A stretch of 64,000 bases of DNA from Lacisediminihabitans sp. (lineage in GTDB: Bacteria > Actinomycetota > Actinomycetes > Actinomycetales > Microbacteriaceae), in assembly GCF_043726815.1 (NCBI RefSeq), contig NZ_JAYSJZ010000103.1:9870-73869 (forward strand), given 5' to 3'. Shown piece by piece: positions 8,362 to 16,985 of this stretch (positions are counted from its first letter, which is position 1; every line of letters begins with the position of its first letter). The translations under genes and the position numbers were made by a program. The notes under the pieces were generated by a model, which did not search any database, was not told the origin of the DNA, and saw only the letters and a list, made by a program, of their open reading frames with translations.

Positions 8362-10128
8362 ATGAAGCGACTCATTCTCACGGCGATGCTGGCGGCGGCG
8401 ATGCTGCTCGGGGTCGCGGCCCCCGCCTCCGCCGGAGTCGATGACTTCTCGTTCTCGAGCTTCGATGGCCAGTACACCCTCGGGCGGGATGGCGCCGGCC
8501 GCTCGGTGCTCACGGTCGTCGAGACGCTCGTGGCGGTCTTCCCGCAGACCGATCAGAACCACGGCATCCGCCGGGAGCTCGTCGACACCTACGACGGGCA
8601 CCCCACCGACCTGAAGATCACCTCGGTGACCGACGGCAACGGCGGTCCGCGCCGCTTCACGACGGAGCGCAACAACGAGTTCCTCGACGTGACGATCGCG
8701 GCCGACTCGTTCGTGCACGGCCCGCAGAAGTATGTGATCACCTACACCCAGCACAACGTCACCCGCTACTTCGCCGACACCAGGGCCGACGAGTTCTACT
8801 GGGACACCAACGGAACCGGCTGGGCTCAACCGTTCGGCCGGGTCACCGCCACGGTGCACCTGGCGCCGTCGCTGCTGCCCAGGCTCACCGGCAAGGCGGA
8901 TGCCGCCTCCGGCGCCGAGGGGGCGAGCGGCCCGGCGACGGTCGCCAGGACGGACGACGGTTTCGCCTTCGAGGCGAAGAACCTCGGACCGCGGCAGAAC
9001 CTCACCTTCGCGATCGGCTTCGCCCCGGGCACCTTCACCCCGCGTGACAGCGGGTTCTTCGCCGCTGCCTGGCCGACGCTGTCGCTGCTCGGCGCGCTCG
9101 GCGCGATCGCCGCGGCCGTCGGGGCAATCGTGCTGAGGGTCACCCGCCTGCGGGACGCACCCGGACGGGGCATCATCATTCCGGAGTACCTTCCGCCGAA
9201 GGGAGTGCCCCTGCTTCTGTCTTCCACGATCGCGGGCAAGACGGCGAAGGCGAACCCGGCCCAGATCCTCGATCTCGCGGTCTCTGGAAGGCTGCGAGTG
9301 CTGGAGGTGGAGCCCACCGGCTTCAGCAGCAAGCCGGGGTTCGCGCTCGAGTTCGTCACCGCCGAGGGCGCCAACCCCGACGAGACGGAGTTCCTGCATG
9401 CACTCTTCGGCGACTCGCTCACCCCCGGGGAGCAGCGAACGCTGAAGAAGCCCGACCAACGGGCGGTCAAACGCATCACGGCCCTCATGCGGAGGGTGCG
9501 TTCGGACGCGACGGCCGACGGGTATCGCCGAAAGCTCCCGGCCGCGCGCATGTTCCTGGTCGCCGCGGCCTCCGCCGTCGCGGGCGCACTCAGCTTCCTC
9601 TTCGGTGCCCTGGCGTTCGGCGACGCCGTGGGGGGCATCGTGCCCGCCGTGTTCATCGGCATCGGCATCCTCGGCTTCGTCGTCACGATCGTCGCCATCT
9701 CCCATGTTCCGCTCGAGCCCCGAGGCGCGGAACTGAGGGAGTACCTCAGGGGCCTGGACATGTACATCTCGCTCGCCGAGGCCGACCGGCTGCGCTACCT
9801 GCAGTCCCCACAGGGCGCGGAGCGGGCGCCGATGGCCACCGACGACAAGGCCCAGCTCGTGAAGGTCAACGAGAGGCTGCTTCCCTATGCCGTGCTGTTC
9901 GGCAACGAGAAGGAATGGGCCAAGGAACTCGGCCGCTACTACGAGGAGCTCGGCCAACAGCCCACCTGGTACGCGGGCCGGAGCGCCTTCAATGCCGCGC
10001 TCTTCGCCAACAGCATCGGCTCGGTGTCGGTGAGCGCGTCATCCGCCTACAGCGCGTCGAGCGGCGGATCGGGCGGCGGCGCCGTGTCGGGTGGCGGAGG
10101 CGGGGGAGGCGGCGGAGGCGGCGTCTGA
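8362..10128 (+). CDS. DUF2207-like membrane protein with a poly-glycine C-terminal tail
   Basis: Signal peptide MKRLILTAMLAAAMLLGVAAPASA, a large extracytoplasmic N-domain, central and C-terminal TM segments, and the tail SGGSGGGAVSGGGGGGGGGGGV. Confidence 0.75.
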   Translation: MKRLILTAMLAAAMLLGVAAPASAGVDDFSFSSFDGQYTLGRDGAGRSVLTVVETLVAVFPQTDQNHGIRRELVDTYDGHPTDLKITSVTDGNGGPRRFTTERNNEFLDVTIAADSFVHGPQKYVITYTQHNVTRYFADTRADEFYWDTNGTGWAQPFGRVTATVHLAPSLLPRLTGKADAASGAEGASGPATVARTDDGFAFEAKNLGPRQNLTFAIGFAPGTFTPRDSGFFAAAWPTLSLLGALGAIAAAVGAIVLRVTRLRDAPGRGIIIPEYLPPKGVPLLLSSTIAGKTAKANPAQILDLAVSGRLRVLEVEPTGFSSKPGFALEFVTAEGANPDETEFLHALFGDSLTPGEQRTLKKPDQRAVKRITALMRRVRSDATADGYRRKLPAARMFLVAAASAVAGALSFLFGALAFGDAVGGIVPAVFIGIGILGFVVTIVAISHVPLEPRGAELREYLRGLDMYISLAEADRLRYLQSPQGAERAPMATDDKAQLVKVNERLLPYAVLFGNEKEWAKELGRYYEELGQQPTWYAGRSAFNAALFANSIGSVSVSASSAYSASSGGSGGGAVSGGGGGGGGGGGV

Positions 10129-10282
10129 CCCGCGGCCGGACTCGGCGGTGCCAGACCACCTCCGAATTTACCCCGTGTTCATGCGGCAACCGTTGCGGCA
10201 ACGGGTCCCCGGGGCGCAGGGTGCAATGACCAGCAGAATGGTCGCCGCCGAGAGCGACAAACACGAGTGAGAGAAGAGAGCC

Positions 10283-10438
10283 ATGGGCAAGCATTTCGAC
10301 GACGCTCCGACGCCGCTCCTCCAGGTGCCGACGACGACGGCGCAATTCGAGGCGATAGTGGCGGCCTACGTTCCCGATGGGGCGCTGGAATCGGAGGATC
10401 GCGAAGCGGACGATCCCTCCTGGTACTCCACGGACTGA
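10283..10438 (+). CDS. Possible small protein (51 aa, acidic)
   Basis: The ATG is preceded by purine-rich gagagaagagag, and third-codon positions are mostly G/C. It falls below the ORF-track size cutoff. No family is recognised. Confidence 0.3.
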   Translation: MGKHFDDAPTPLLQVPTTTAQFEAIVAAYVPDGALESEDREADDPSWYSTD

Positions 10439-10521
10439 TCCGACGACGGCTGTCGTAGGGTGGAGCAACCGGCACCCGATCCGACCGGCACCGTCGAGCA
10501 GATAGTGAGCGTCAACCAGCA

Positions 10522-10887
10522 GTGAGTGTCATCGTTCCCGGCCTGCGTCGTCCCATCATCGTCTGGGATCTCGTGCTGTCGATCCTGCTCACGCTGCTGG
10601 GGCTCGGAATCGGTGCTCTCGTCTCGCTGTCGTCGATCTTCCTCGTGATGGCCGCCGATTCGTGCGGGGCAAACAGGGAGTGCAACCTCCCGCAGCTCAC
10701 CGCCGGCTGGCTGATCGCCATGATCGGGCCGAGCGTCGTCATGCTACTCACCCTCGTGCTCACGGTCGTGAGTCTGGTGCGTCGACGGATCACCTGGTGG
10801 CTGCCGCTGACCGGCATCGTGGTGGAGCTGCTCGTCTGGTGGGGCGCCGTGTCGCTCGTCTTCGCGAGCGTGCCCGGCCCGAACTGA
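10522..10887 (+). CDS. Small integral membrane protein (4 predicted TM), unknown function
   Basis: 121-aa hydrophobic ORF with a coding-like GC3 pattern. Confidence 0.55.
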   Translation: MSVIVPGLRRPIIVWDLVLSILLTLLGLGIGALVSLSSIFLVMAADSCGANRECNLPQLTAGWLIAMIGPSVVMLLTLVLTVVSLVRRRITWWLPLTGIVVELLVWWGAVSLVFASVPGPN

Positions 10888-10954
10888 CCGACCACCACTC
10901 GGCGGCCGGGATCGCCTCGCACCCGCGCCGCCGGTAGGTTAGATCCAACGCAGC

Positions 10955-12565
10955 GTGGACGGATCGGGCGGAGGGTCGGTGCAGGGACTCGAGCTCGTCG
11001 TTGTTCTCGGCGCGACGATCCTGCTGGGCGGCGCGATCGCCAGCCGGTTGTCGGTGGCCGCGCCGCTCGTGCTCCTCGTGCTCGGCGCGGGACTCGGCTT
11101 CATCCCGGCGCTCGGCAGCATCGAGCTTCCGCCGGATCTCGTGCTGCTGCTCTTTCTGCCTGCCCTGCTCTACTGGGACGCGCTCAACACCTCGCTTCGG
11201 GAGATCCGCGCCAACCTCCGGGTGATCCTCCTCCTCTCGGTGGGCCTCGTCTTCGCCACCGCCGGGGTGGTCGCGCTCGTCGCCCATGCCTTCGGGCTCG
11301 CCTGGCCGATGGCGATCGCGCTCGGCGCCATCCTCGCCCCCACGGATGCCACGGCGGTCGTCGCCGTCGCCGGGCGCCTTCCGCGACGCACCATCACCAT
11401 CCTGCGGGCGGAGAGCCTCGTCAACGACGGCACCGCGCTCGTGCTGTACTCCGTCGCGGTCGCGGCGGCGGTGTCCGGGGTGCCCGCCTCGCTGGGGGAG
11501 ACCTCGCTGCGCTTCGTCGCGTCCTACGGGTTCGGAATCGCGATCGGGCTGGTCGTCGGGCTCGCCGTCGTCGCCGTCCGGTTGTACGTGCGGGAGAGGC
11601 TTCTCGCGAACACCCTGAGCGTGCTGACCCCGTTTCTCGCCTACCTGCCGGCGGAGGCGCTCGGCGTCTCGGGGGTCGTGGCCGTGGTCACCTGCGGGCT
11701 GGTGCTCAGCCAGCTCGGTCCCCGCGTGATCACCGCGAGCATGCGATCCCAGTCGTTCGGATTCTGGCAACTCGCCACCTACATCCTCAACGGCGCCCTC
11801 TTCGTGTTGATCGGGATCGAGCTGCACAAGATCGTGCTCGGACTCGATGGATCGTGGGGGAGCACCGTCGCGCTCGGGGTCATCATCGCCCTGTCGGTGC
11901 TCGCGGTGCGGCTCGCCTGGACCAACACGACGCCCTACCTGATCCGGGCGATCGACCGGCGGCCCCAGCAGCGCTCCAGGCGGGTGCCGTTCCGCCAGCG
12001 TTTTCCGCTGGGCTGGGCGGGCTTCCGGGGAGCGGTGTCGCTCGCCGCCGCGCTCGCCCTGCCGCAGCAGACCGCGGACGGTCAGCCGCTCGAGGGCCGG
12101 AACGTGGTGATTGCGGTCACCTTCACCGTGATCCTCTTCACCCTTCTCGTGCAGGGTCTCACCATGCCGGCGGTCGTGCGCTGGGCCAGGCTGCCGCCGG
12201 ACCCGACCGAGCTGGACGAGGAGCTGCTCGCGGAGCAGGAGACCCTCCGCGCCATGCTCGACGCCCTGCCAGACACCGCCAGCCGACTCGGGGTGCCGGT
12301 GGAGGCATCGCAACGCCTGGCCAAGAACTATGAGGCGCTGTTGGAGCGGATCCACCGGGAGGAGGGAAATCCCGAGCAAGCCCGTCGCGACGAGATCGAC
12401 ACCGACCACGAGGCGGCCCTCCGGCTCGCCCTGCTGCCGATCAAACGCAAGACGCTGCTGAGACTCCGCGACGAGAACCACATCGACGACGTGATTCTTC
12501 GGCGCGTGCAGGCTCGCATCGATCTCGAGGAGCTCCGACTCTCCGATGACACCGGTGCCGAGTAG
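10955..12565 (+). CDS. Na+/H+ antiporter (CPA1/NhaP-type) with a cytoplasmic C-terminal domain
   Basis: Multi-TM N-terminal ~400 aa containing AILAPTDATAV and ESLVNDGTALVLY (exchanger-family signatures), followed by a charged helical tail. Confidence 0.85.
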   Translation: MDGSGGGSVQGLELVVVLGATILLGGAIASRLSVAAPLVLLVLGAGLGFIPALGSIELPPDLVLLLFLPALLYWDALNTSLREIRANLRVILLLSVGLVFATAGVVALVAHAFGLAWPMAIALGAILAPTDATAVVAVAGRLPRRTITILRAESLVNDGTALVLYSVAVAAAVSGVPASLGETSLRFVASYGFGIAIGLVVGLAVVAVRLYVRERLLANTLSVLTPFLAYLPAEALGVSGVVAVVTCGLVLSQLGPRVITASMRSQSFGFWQLATYILNGALFVLIGIELHKIVLGLDGSWGSTVALGVIIALSVLAVRLAWTNTTPYLIRAIDRRPQQRSRRVPFRQRFPLGWAGFRGAVSLAAALALPQQTADGQPLEGRNVVIAVTFTVILFTLLVQGLTMPAVVRWARLPPDPTELDEELLAEQETLRAMLDALPDTASRLGVPVEASQRLAKNYEALLERIHREEGNPEQARRDEIDTDHEAALRLALLPIKRKTLLRLRDENHIDDVILRRVQARIDLEELRLSDDTGAE

Positions 12566-12660
12566 GCCGCCCCTTCCTCCCACCCGGCCAATCGCGAGGC
12601 CCGTGCACCGATCCCGGCCCTGCGCCTCCGTCGCCTCGTTGCGGCGTGCAACATTGCGCC

Positions 12661-13100
12661 ATGAAGCCACCGACCTACAACGAGTCGCTCCTGCAGCCGC
12701 TCAACACCGATGCCCTCGTCGAGCAGAGGGTCTCCGCCTCGTGGGGCGCGCCTGCCGCCGCCAGCTCTGGTTCCTCTTCCTCGACGAGCACCAGGTGCAG
12801 CTGCCGCTCATCATCCCCGTCGGCGATCCGCCGACCCGTCCCGACGCATCGGTCAGCACCCTGGCGGCGGGCATCTCCGCGGCCATGGAGTCTGTCGACG
12901 CGGCGTCGGTGATCGTCGTGATCGAGCGGTTTGCCGACCAGGCCGTGACCCCCGCCGACACGGCGTGGGCTCGGGCAATCGACGAACAGTTCGGCGAGAG
13001 GGGCGTGCGGGTGCGCGGCTTCCTCCTCAGCCATCGCCGCGGTGTGCGCTGGCTGGCACCCGATGACTACCGGTTTCCGGCTCGGAGAAGCGACCGATGA
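12661..13100 (+). pseudogene. Hypothetical gene apparently interrupted by a frameshift near 12745-12760 (alternatively a GTG-12741 start giving 119 aa)
   Basis: GC3-rich coding signal runs from ATG 12661 (MKPPTYNESLLQPLNTDALVEQRVSASWG) in one frame. It then switches to the frame of ORF 12546..13100 (RQLWFLFLDEHQVQLPLIIPVGD...). Confidence 0.45.
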
Positions 13101-13175
13101 TCTCGGGCGAGCGCCCGATGACTTCGCCCACGCTTGCCCGTGCTCCGTCAGGCCGCGCGGGCGCGACGGGTCTCG

Positions 13176-13658
13176 CTAGCGGGGAAGCGATTCCTCGATC
13201 AGGCCGACGATCGCCGGGTCGTCCGGCTCCGTGGTGGGACGGAAGCGGTGCACGTCACCGGAGGGGGTGACCACGAACTTCTCGAAGTTCCACTTGACCT
13301 TGCCCGCGGTGCCGGCGGCATCCGGGGTCTTGACGAGTTCCGCGTAGAGCGGATGCTGCGAGCGGCCGTTCACCCTGACCTTTTCGAACATCGGGAAGGT
13401 GACACCCCACGTGGTGGAGCAATACTCCTTGATGGCGTCCTCGCTGCTCAGCTCCTGCAGGAACTGGTTGCTGGGGAAGCCCAGCACGGTGAAGCCCTTC
13501 TCGCCGTACTTCTTCTGCAACGCCTCGAGCTTCTCGTACTGCGGGGCGAGCCCGCATCGGGAGGCGACGTTCACGATGAGCAGCACCTTATCGGGGTACG
13601 CGCCGAGCGAGGTGGTCTGCCCGTCGATGGTGGTGATCGGGATGTCGTTTATGCCCAT
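13176..13658 (-). CDS. Glutathione peroxidase (Cys-type)
   Basis: 160 aa from ATG 13658. GPx motifs are present: LIVNVASRCGL, LGFPSNQF, WNFEKFVV. Confidence 0.9.
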   Translation of the reverse strand: MGINDIPITTIDGQTTSLGAYPDKVLLIVNVASRCGLAPQYEKLEALQKKYGEKGFTVLGFPSNQFLQELSSEDAIKEYCSTTWGVTFPMFEKVRVNGRSQHPLYAELVKTPDAAGTAGKVKWNFEKFVVTPSGDVHRFRPTTEPDDPAIVGLIEESLPR

Positions 13659-13764
13659 GAGATAGCGAACGGCCGCGCCTCGGCCGGTATTCCCGGAATT
13701 CGAGATATCCGAGTGTTCGGGATACCGGTATGACGCGGCCGTTCGGCCGTTCTCGACCCTGCGG

Positions 13765-14262
13765 TCAGGCGATCGCGAGTGCGCGGAGGCGACGGATCGC
13801 CCTGAGCGCGGCGACGGACTGCCACACGACGAACACTTCGACCACGAGGGAGAGAAGCCCCAGCGGTTCGAGCCAGTTGCCGATGTCATCCATCGCGCCC
13901 GGCATTCCGGCCGTGCGATTGATCACGAATGCCACGAGAACCGCGGCCGCGAGGGCCCCGGCGGCGAGGTAGTCGAGCTTCGTGGCAACGGTGAACAGCC
14001 GTTCCGTGATCACGAGCGCCGCCACAATGAGAACAATGTAGAGGTACCCGAGGTAGGGCGTTTCCTTGAGTTTGTCCGGCAGGTCGAGAACGTGGATCGC
14101 CGCTATCGCGGCCACCCCGATTCCCATCGCTGCGCGTCGGCTCTCCAATTGGAGGCGAAGTCGCCCGGCGTGAAGTTGCGCGGTCACGCGCTCACCCGAT
14201 GCTTCCTGTGCCGATGTGGTTTCGGCTGTCGTTCGTTCTGCGGTTCCAGTACTCGATGTCAT
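13765..14262 (-). CDS. Membrane protein, unknown function
   Basis: ATG 14262 has AGGGGA 6 nt upstream. The product has a hydrophilic N-terminus followed by 3-4 TM segments. It is probably co-transcribed with the peroxidase gene. Confidence 0.6.
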   Translation of the reverse strand: MTSSTGTAERTTAETTSAQEASGERVTAQLHAGRLRLQLESRRAAMGIGVAAIAAIHVLDLPDKLKETPYLGYLYIVLIVAALVITERLFTVATKLDYLAAGALAAAVLVAFVINRTAGMPGAMDDIGNWLEPLGLLSLVVEVFVVWQSVAALRAIRRLRALAIA

Positions 14263-14294
14263 TGTTTATCCCCTGACTCAGTGAATCTCTGTAC

Positions 14295-14374
14295 ATTCCG
14301 GTGTGGTTACTTGCATTCCGGTGTGGTTACTTGCATTCCGGTGTGGTTACTTACGTTCCAGAGTGGTTACTTGC
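14295..14374. repeat. Four head-to-tail copies of a 20-bp unit (ATTCCGGTGTGGTTACTTGC)
   Basis: Units lie at 14295-14314 and 14315-14334 (identical), 14335-14354 (1 mismatch) and 14355-14374 (4 mismatches). They sit 33-112 bp upstream of the minus-strand start at 14262. Confidence 0.95.
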
Positions 14375-14637
14375 CCTTTCGACGCTAATCGCACGCGCGG
14401 GGCAAGGAAAAGGGCACGCGCCCTTCGTGTGAGGACTCAAATGTTGATGATGCATTCTCTCGGGCAACTGTGACCTTGAGGTGAGGAGTTCGCGCCTATC
14501 ATGCGGTCGCGCGGGCGGGGTCCGCCTGCGCATGCCCTACGCTGAAAACCGCTCCCCACCATCCGGGTCACAGGGTCGGTTCGATATTCTCGACAGCGTT
14601 CCCGGCGCGAACGACGCGCCCCGGCCAGAAAGAACCC

Positions 14638-15588
14638 ATGCCAGACAGCCCAATCTCGGCGACGCCCTACGAGGTGCTCGGGGTGAGCCCCTCGGCCAGC
14701 GAGGACGAGCTGCGTCGCGCGTACCGCCGGCTGCTGCGGGAGTCCCACCCGGACACCGGGGGGAGCACGGCACGATTCGTCGCCGTTCAGCTGGCCTGGG
14801 AGCGGATCGGCACGCCGGCCGATCGCGAGGCCTACGATCGAGGCGGCTTCTCGCGCGCCACGGCAGACCAGGACGCGGAAGGGGACGGCTCGTTCACCTG
14901 GGCGCCCCGGTCCGCCCCGAAGCAGCGGGACACGCGCCCACGTGCGCGGGCCTACGGCCACCCCGGGGGCTGGCGGCGCGAACGCTACCTCGCCCTCATG
15001 CGCGAATGGGTGGGCCGCGGCGAGGAGCTCACGGATCCATACGACCCGGCGCTGGTCAGGGGCGCGCCGCGGGAGATCCGGCACATTCTTGCCGATGCTC
15101 TCGCCGAGGAGGCCACTGCCCGCACCCTGTCGTTGCTAGGGATCGGCTACACCGTCTGGCACGACGTGGCGACCGGCGACCCGGAGAACAAGATCGACCA
15201 CGTGGTGCTGGGCCCGACCGGCCTGTTTGCCATCCTCTCCGAGGACTACGGCGCGCCGGTGCGCGTCCGGCGGGGTGAATTGGTCGGAGCCGTCGACACC
15301 TATGATCTCACCGAGGATCGCCCGATGCACCAGCTCGGCCTTCGAGCGAAGGCCCTCGTCCGCGCCGTTCGCGTACGCTTCACCGCCCTCGTGATAGTGC
15401 TCCCCGATGACGAACTGGACGCGCCCGTCGTCTCCCTGGGCAACGTTCGCGGAGCCGCGGGCGTCGCCGTGCAGCGGTCATACCTCTCGGCGCTGCTGCG
15501 TGACGGCCTGCCCGGCCGGGCACTCGCCGGGGGAGCCGAGCTGTTCGAGGTCCGTGCCAAGCTCCAGGAGAAGATCCGCTTCGTCTGA
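14638..15588 (+). CDS. J-domain (DnaJ N-terminal) protein fused to a NERD-like C-terminal domain
   Basis: The J domain has PYEVLGVSPSASEDELRRAYRRLLRESHPD with the HPD motif. The C-terminal half (VWHDVATGDPENKIDHVVLGPTGLFAI) resembles the nuclease-related NERD domain. Confidence 0.75.
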   Translation: MPDSPISATPYEVLGVSPSASEDELRRAYRRLLRESHPDTGGSTARFVAVQLAWERIGTPADREAYDRGGFSRATADQDAEGDGSFTWAPRSAPKQRDTRPRARAYGHPGGWRRERYLALMREWVGRGEELTDPYDPALVRGAPREIRHILADALAEEATARTLSLLGIGYTVWHDVATGDPENKIDHVVLGPTGLFAILSEDYGAPVRVRRGELVGAVDTYDLTEDRPMHQLGLRAKALVRAVRVRFTALVIVLPDDELDAPVVSLGNVRGAAGVAVQRSYLSALLRDGLPGRALAGGAELFEVRAKLQEKIRFV

Positions 15589-15603
15589 GTCCTCGGATGG
15601 TGG

Positions 15604-15705
15604 GCGCTTCTCCGGAGGTTCTTCACACAGCGCGCGATTCCGGGCCGATATGGCCGGCTGCGGCGCAAAATTCGAGCGTGGGATCCGAAACCTCCGGAAA
15701 AGCGC
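15604..15705. other. Long-range hairpin (17-bp stem, 16/17 paired) in a convergent intergenic region; possible bidirectional terminator or structured RNA
   Basis: gcgcttctccggaggtt (15604-15620) pairs with aacctccggaaaagcgc (15689-15705). An inner imperfect palindrome ccgggccgatatggccgg lies in the 68-nt spacer. Confidence 0.4.
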
Positions 15706-15771
15706 GGGCCCTCGGAGTGCCAGGCGAGACGCAAGACGCAAGACGCGGGCCAGCCGGCGAGGGCCGGTGAG

Positions 15772-16389
15772 TCAGCCGGCGAGGGCGAATCCGCTCGTCC
15801 AGGACGTCTTCTCACCGGCGGCGAGAGTCAGCTGCAGGAAGCCGAGGGCCTCCAGCTCGCGGGCGCGCCTCAGGCTCCCGCCGTCGACCGCGGCCACGCC
15901 ACTGCCCGCGAGCGCGCCGATGAGGGCGGCCTTGGCGTCGACGTCATCCCCGGCGACGATCACCGTGGTGCCCTCTTCGCCGACCCGTCCGCTGTGCAGG
16001 GTCGCCGCGAAGTTGGTGTTGAAGGCCTTGAGAACCCTCGCAGACGGCACGAGTGCCGCGATCTCCTGGGCCGCGGATGAGTCGGCCGGAACGACGAGGG
16101 AGTCGAAGGTGGAGAAGTCGACCGGGTTCGAAATGTCGACCACGATCTTGCCGTCGAGTTGCCCGCCGATCTCGGCGATCACCTCGGCAATGGCGCCGAA
16201 CGGCAGCGCGAGCACGACGATGTCTCCGGTGATCGGGTCGCCGACGACTCCGGCCGAGGCCGACGGACTGGCCGCAGCGGCCTTCGAGGCGTCCCGGGCG
16301 AGCACCTGCACCGAATTGCCGCCTGCAACGGCCACTGCGGCAATCGCCGCGCCCATGTTTCCCGCACCGATGATCGTGATGTCAGCCAT
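15772..16389 (-). CDS. NADPH-dependent F420 reductase-family oxidoreductase (NAD(P)-binding)
   Basis: ATG 16389 has GGGAG upstream. It has the Rossmann start ADITIIGAGNMGAAIA; 205 aa. Confidence 0.75.
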   Translation of the reverse strand: MADITIIGAGNMGAAIAAVAVAGGNSVQVLARDASKAAAASPSASAGVVGDPITGDIVVLALPFGAIAEVIAEIGGQLDGKIVVDISNPVDFSTFDSLVVPADSSAAQEIAALVPSARVLKAFNTNFAATLHSGRVGEEGTTVIVAGDDVDAKAALIGALAGSGVAAVDGGSLRRARELEALGFLQLTLAAGEKTSWTSGFALAG

Positions 16390-16414
16390 TTGTTCTACTC
16401 CCATTGTCGTTGAG

Positions 16415-16435
16415 CAACAACCGCAATAGTTGTTG
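16415..16435. promoter_or_regulatory. Palindrome CAACAAC-N7-GTTGTTG, candidate MarR operator
   Basis: Perfect 7-bp arms at 16415-16421 and 16429-16435 lie in the A/T-rich divergent region between the marR-like and reductase genes. A second TAGTTGT occurs at 16457-16463. Confidence 0.45.
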
Positions 16436-16493
16436 ATACAACCAACATAGCGCGTTTAGTTGTAGCGTCAAGTTAATTTGCTAGGATGGGCAG

Positions 16494-16979
16494 ATGGACG
16501 ACACGCCGTGGCTCACCGCCCCCCAGCTCGACTCGTGGAGGAAGTTCATCTCCGTTGTCGAACTGCTTCCAGGGGTGCTCGATTCGCAGTTGCAGCGGGA
16601 CGCCGAACTGAGCCACTTCGAGTACTTCGTGCTCGCGATGCTCTCCGAGGCGCCGGGGCGAACGCTCCGGATGACGCAGCTTGCCGCCGAGACGAACGCG
16701 ACCCTGCCGCGCCTGTCGCACGTCGTCTCGCGACTCGAGACCCGCGGCTACCTCAACCGCGTCCCGTGCCCGGAGGATCGTCGCGCGACGAACGCCGTGC
16801 TCTCGGAGGCGGGTTGGGAGAAGGTGGTCGCCACAGCCCCCGGCCACGTGCGCACCGTACGCGAGAATGTGATCGACGTTCTCGATGACGACGACGTGGC
16901 GGATCTCGACCGCATCATGGCGAGGATGCTCGGCCGTCTCGACCCGGACAATCGGTTCGGCTCGGTCTCGGGCAGGTAG
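16494..16979 (+). CDS. MarR-family transcriptional regulator
   Basis: Winged-helix region MTQLAAETNATLPRLSHVVSRLETRGYLNRVPCPEDRRA; 161 aa. Confidence 0.9.
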   Translation: MDDTPWLTAPQLDSWRKFISVVELLPGVLDSQLQRDAELSHFEYFVLAMLSEAPGRTLRMTQLAAETNATLPRLSHVVSRLETRGYLNRVPCPEDRRATNAVLSEAGWEKVVATAPGHVRTVRENVIDVLDDDDVADLDRIMARMLGRLDPDNRFGSVSGR

Positions 16980-16985
16980 CCGCCG

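Noticed and set aside
14295-14374. Possibility that the 20-bp repeats (and the 14-bp repeats at 20119-20212) are a CRISPR array.
   Set aside because: The repeats are directly adjacent with no spacers, the units are far shorter than CRISPR repeats, and there are no cas genes in the window.
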